This document shows positions 38,971 through 39,371 of a stretch of DNA of 39,371 nucleotides, piece by piece (the stretch's first letter is position 1; every line of letters begins with the position of its first letter). The notes beneath the pieces were generated by a model that was not told the origin of the DNA, did no database searches, and was given only the letters and a program-made list of their open reading frames with translations. Location of the stretch: contig JWZX01002876.1 in NCBI GenBank assembly GCA_001275005.1, forward strand, positions 1 to 39,371, read 5' to 3'. Made by a program: the position numbers and the translations under genes. This stretch comes from Chrysochromulina tobinii. Taxonomy: Eukaryota.

Positions 38971-39371
38971 CTACTGACGACGACGTTGGCTTTCACGCTT
39001 GTTCCATTTCCTAATGGCGGACTTCACGAGTGCACCTGTGGACCGTTTGTACAAAGGGGCCCATATCTCCCTCCACATCCGTGCGACCTCATCATACTTG
39101 TCCGTCTCCCTTCGTCTATCCAAGACCACATCTGTCCTGCAGCACACATCACGCACACTGCGCACCTTCCGCGCTATGAAGCCGCACGAGATTTCGTCAC
39201 TCGCCACGGCTTGCATCATGCCATGGAACCATGCTCCGTCCACGTCCCTCCCATCCGGTGAAGGACGGAGCCTTTGCTCCTCGTCATCTGTGTCCAGCAC
39301 AAACATTGAACCATCATACAGAGGAAAGTCGACCTCCGTGTCCGGCACTGTAAAACCCATGCCAGATCCTT
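38971..39371 (-). CDS. Hypothetical protein, probably 5'-partial (frame open to the window edge)
   Basis: 129-aa ORF from the ATG at 39360 with no in-frame stop up to 39371. No domain recognised. Confidence 0.35.
   Translation of the reverse strand, partial: GSGMGFTVPDTEVDFPLYDGSMFVLDTDDEEQRLRPSPDGRDVDGAWFHGMMQAVASDEISCGFIARKVRSVRDVCCRTDVVLDRRRETDKYDEVARMWREIWAPLYKRSTGALVKSAIRKWNKRESQRRRQ

Overview
This is GC-rich, gene-dense, almost intron-free eukaryotic genomic DNA. Gene families, Ala/Pro/Gln low-complexity tracts and composition suggest a haptophyte-type alga, but that is inference only. About 18 protein genes are supportable: a HET/TIR-like + TPR membrane protein running in from the left edge, an S10 serine carboxypeptidase, a CK1-type kinase, two or three glycosyltransferase-like genes, a histidine phosphatase, a WIP/STOP1/ATMIN-type C2H2 zinc-finger protein with polyQ, a BRO1/ALIX protein carrying five UIMs, a mitochondrial SRP54/Ffh M-domain-like (MAP67-like) protein, eL40 fused to a strongly diverged ubiquitin-like domain, an FkbM methyltransferase and an F-box-like protein. 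Five single-site lesions interrupt otherwise intact reading frames: +1 shifts at ~2581, ~15815 and ~34488, an in-frame TAG at 8571 and an in-frame TGA at 35308. From ~33.2 kb the sequence is visibly less GC-rich. That part holds a broken glycosyltransferase-methyltransferase fusion, a 436-bp array of 16 inverted 11-mers arranged in fixed-spacing palindromic modules (35886-36321), and decayed ~200-bp repeats. No rRNA, tRNA or CRISPR array was recognised.
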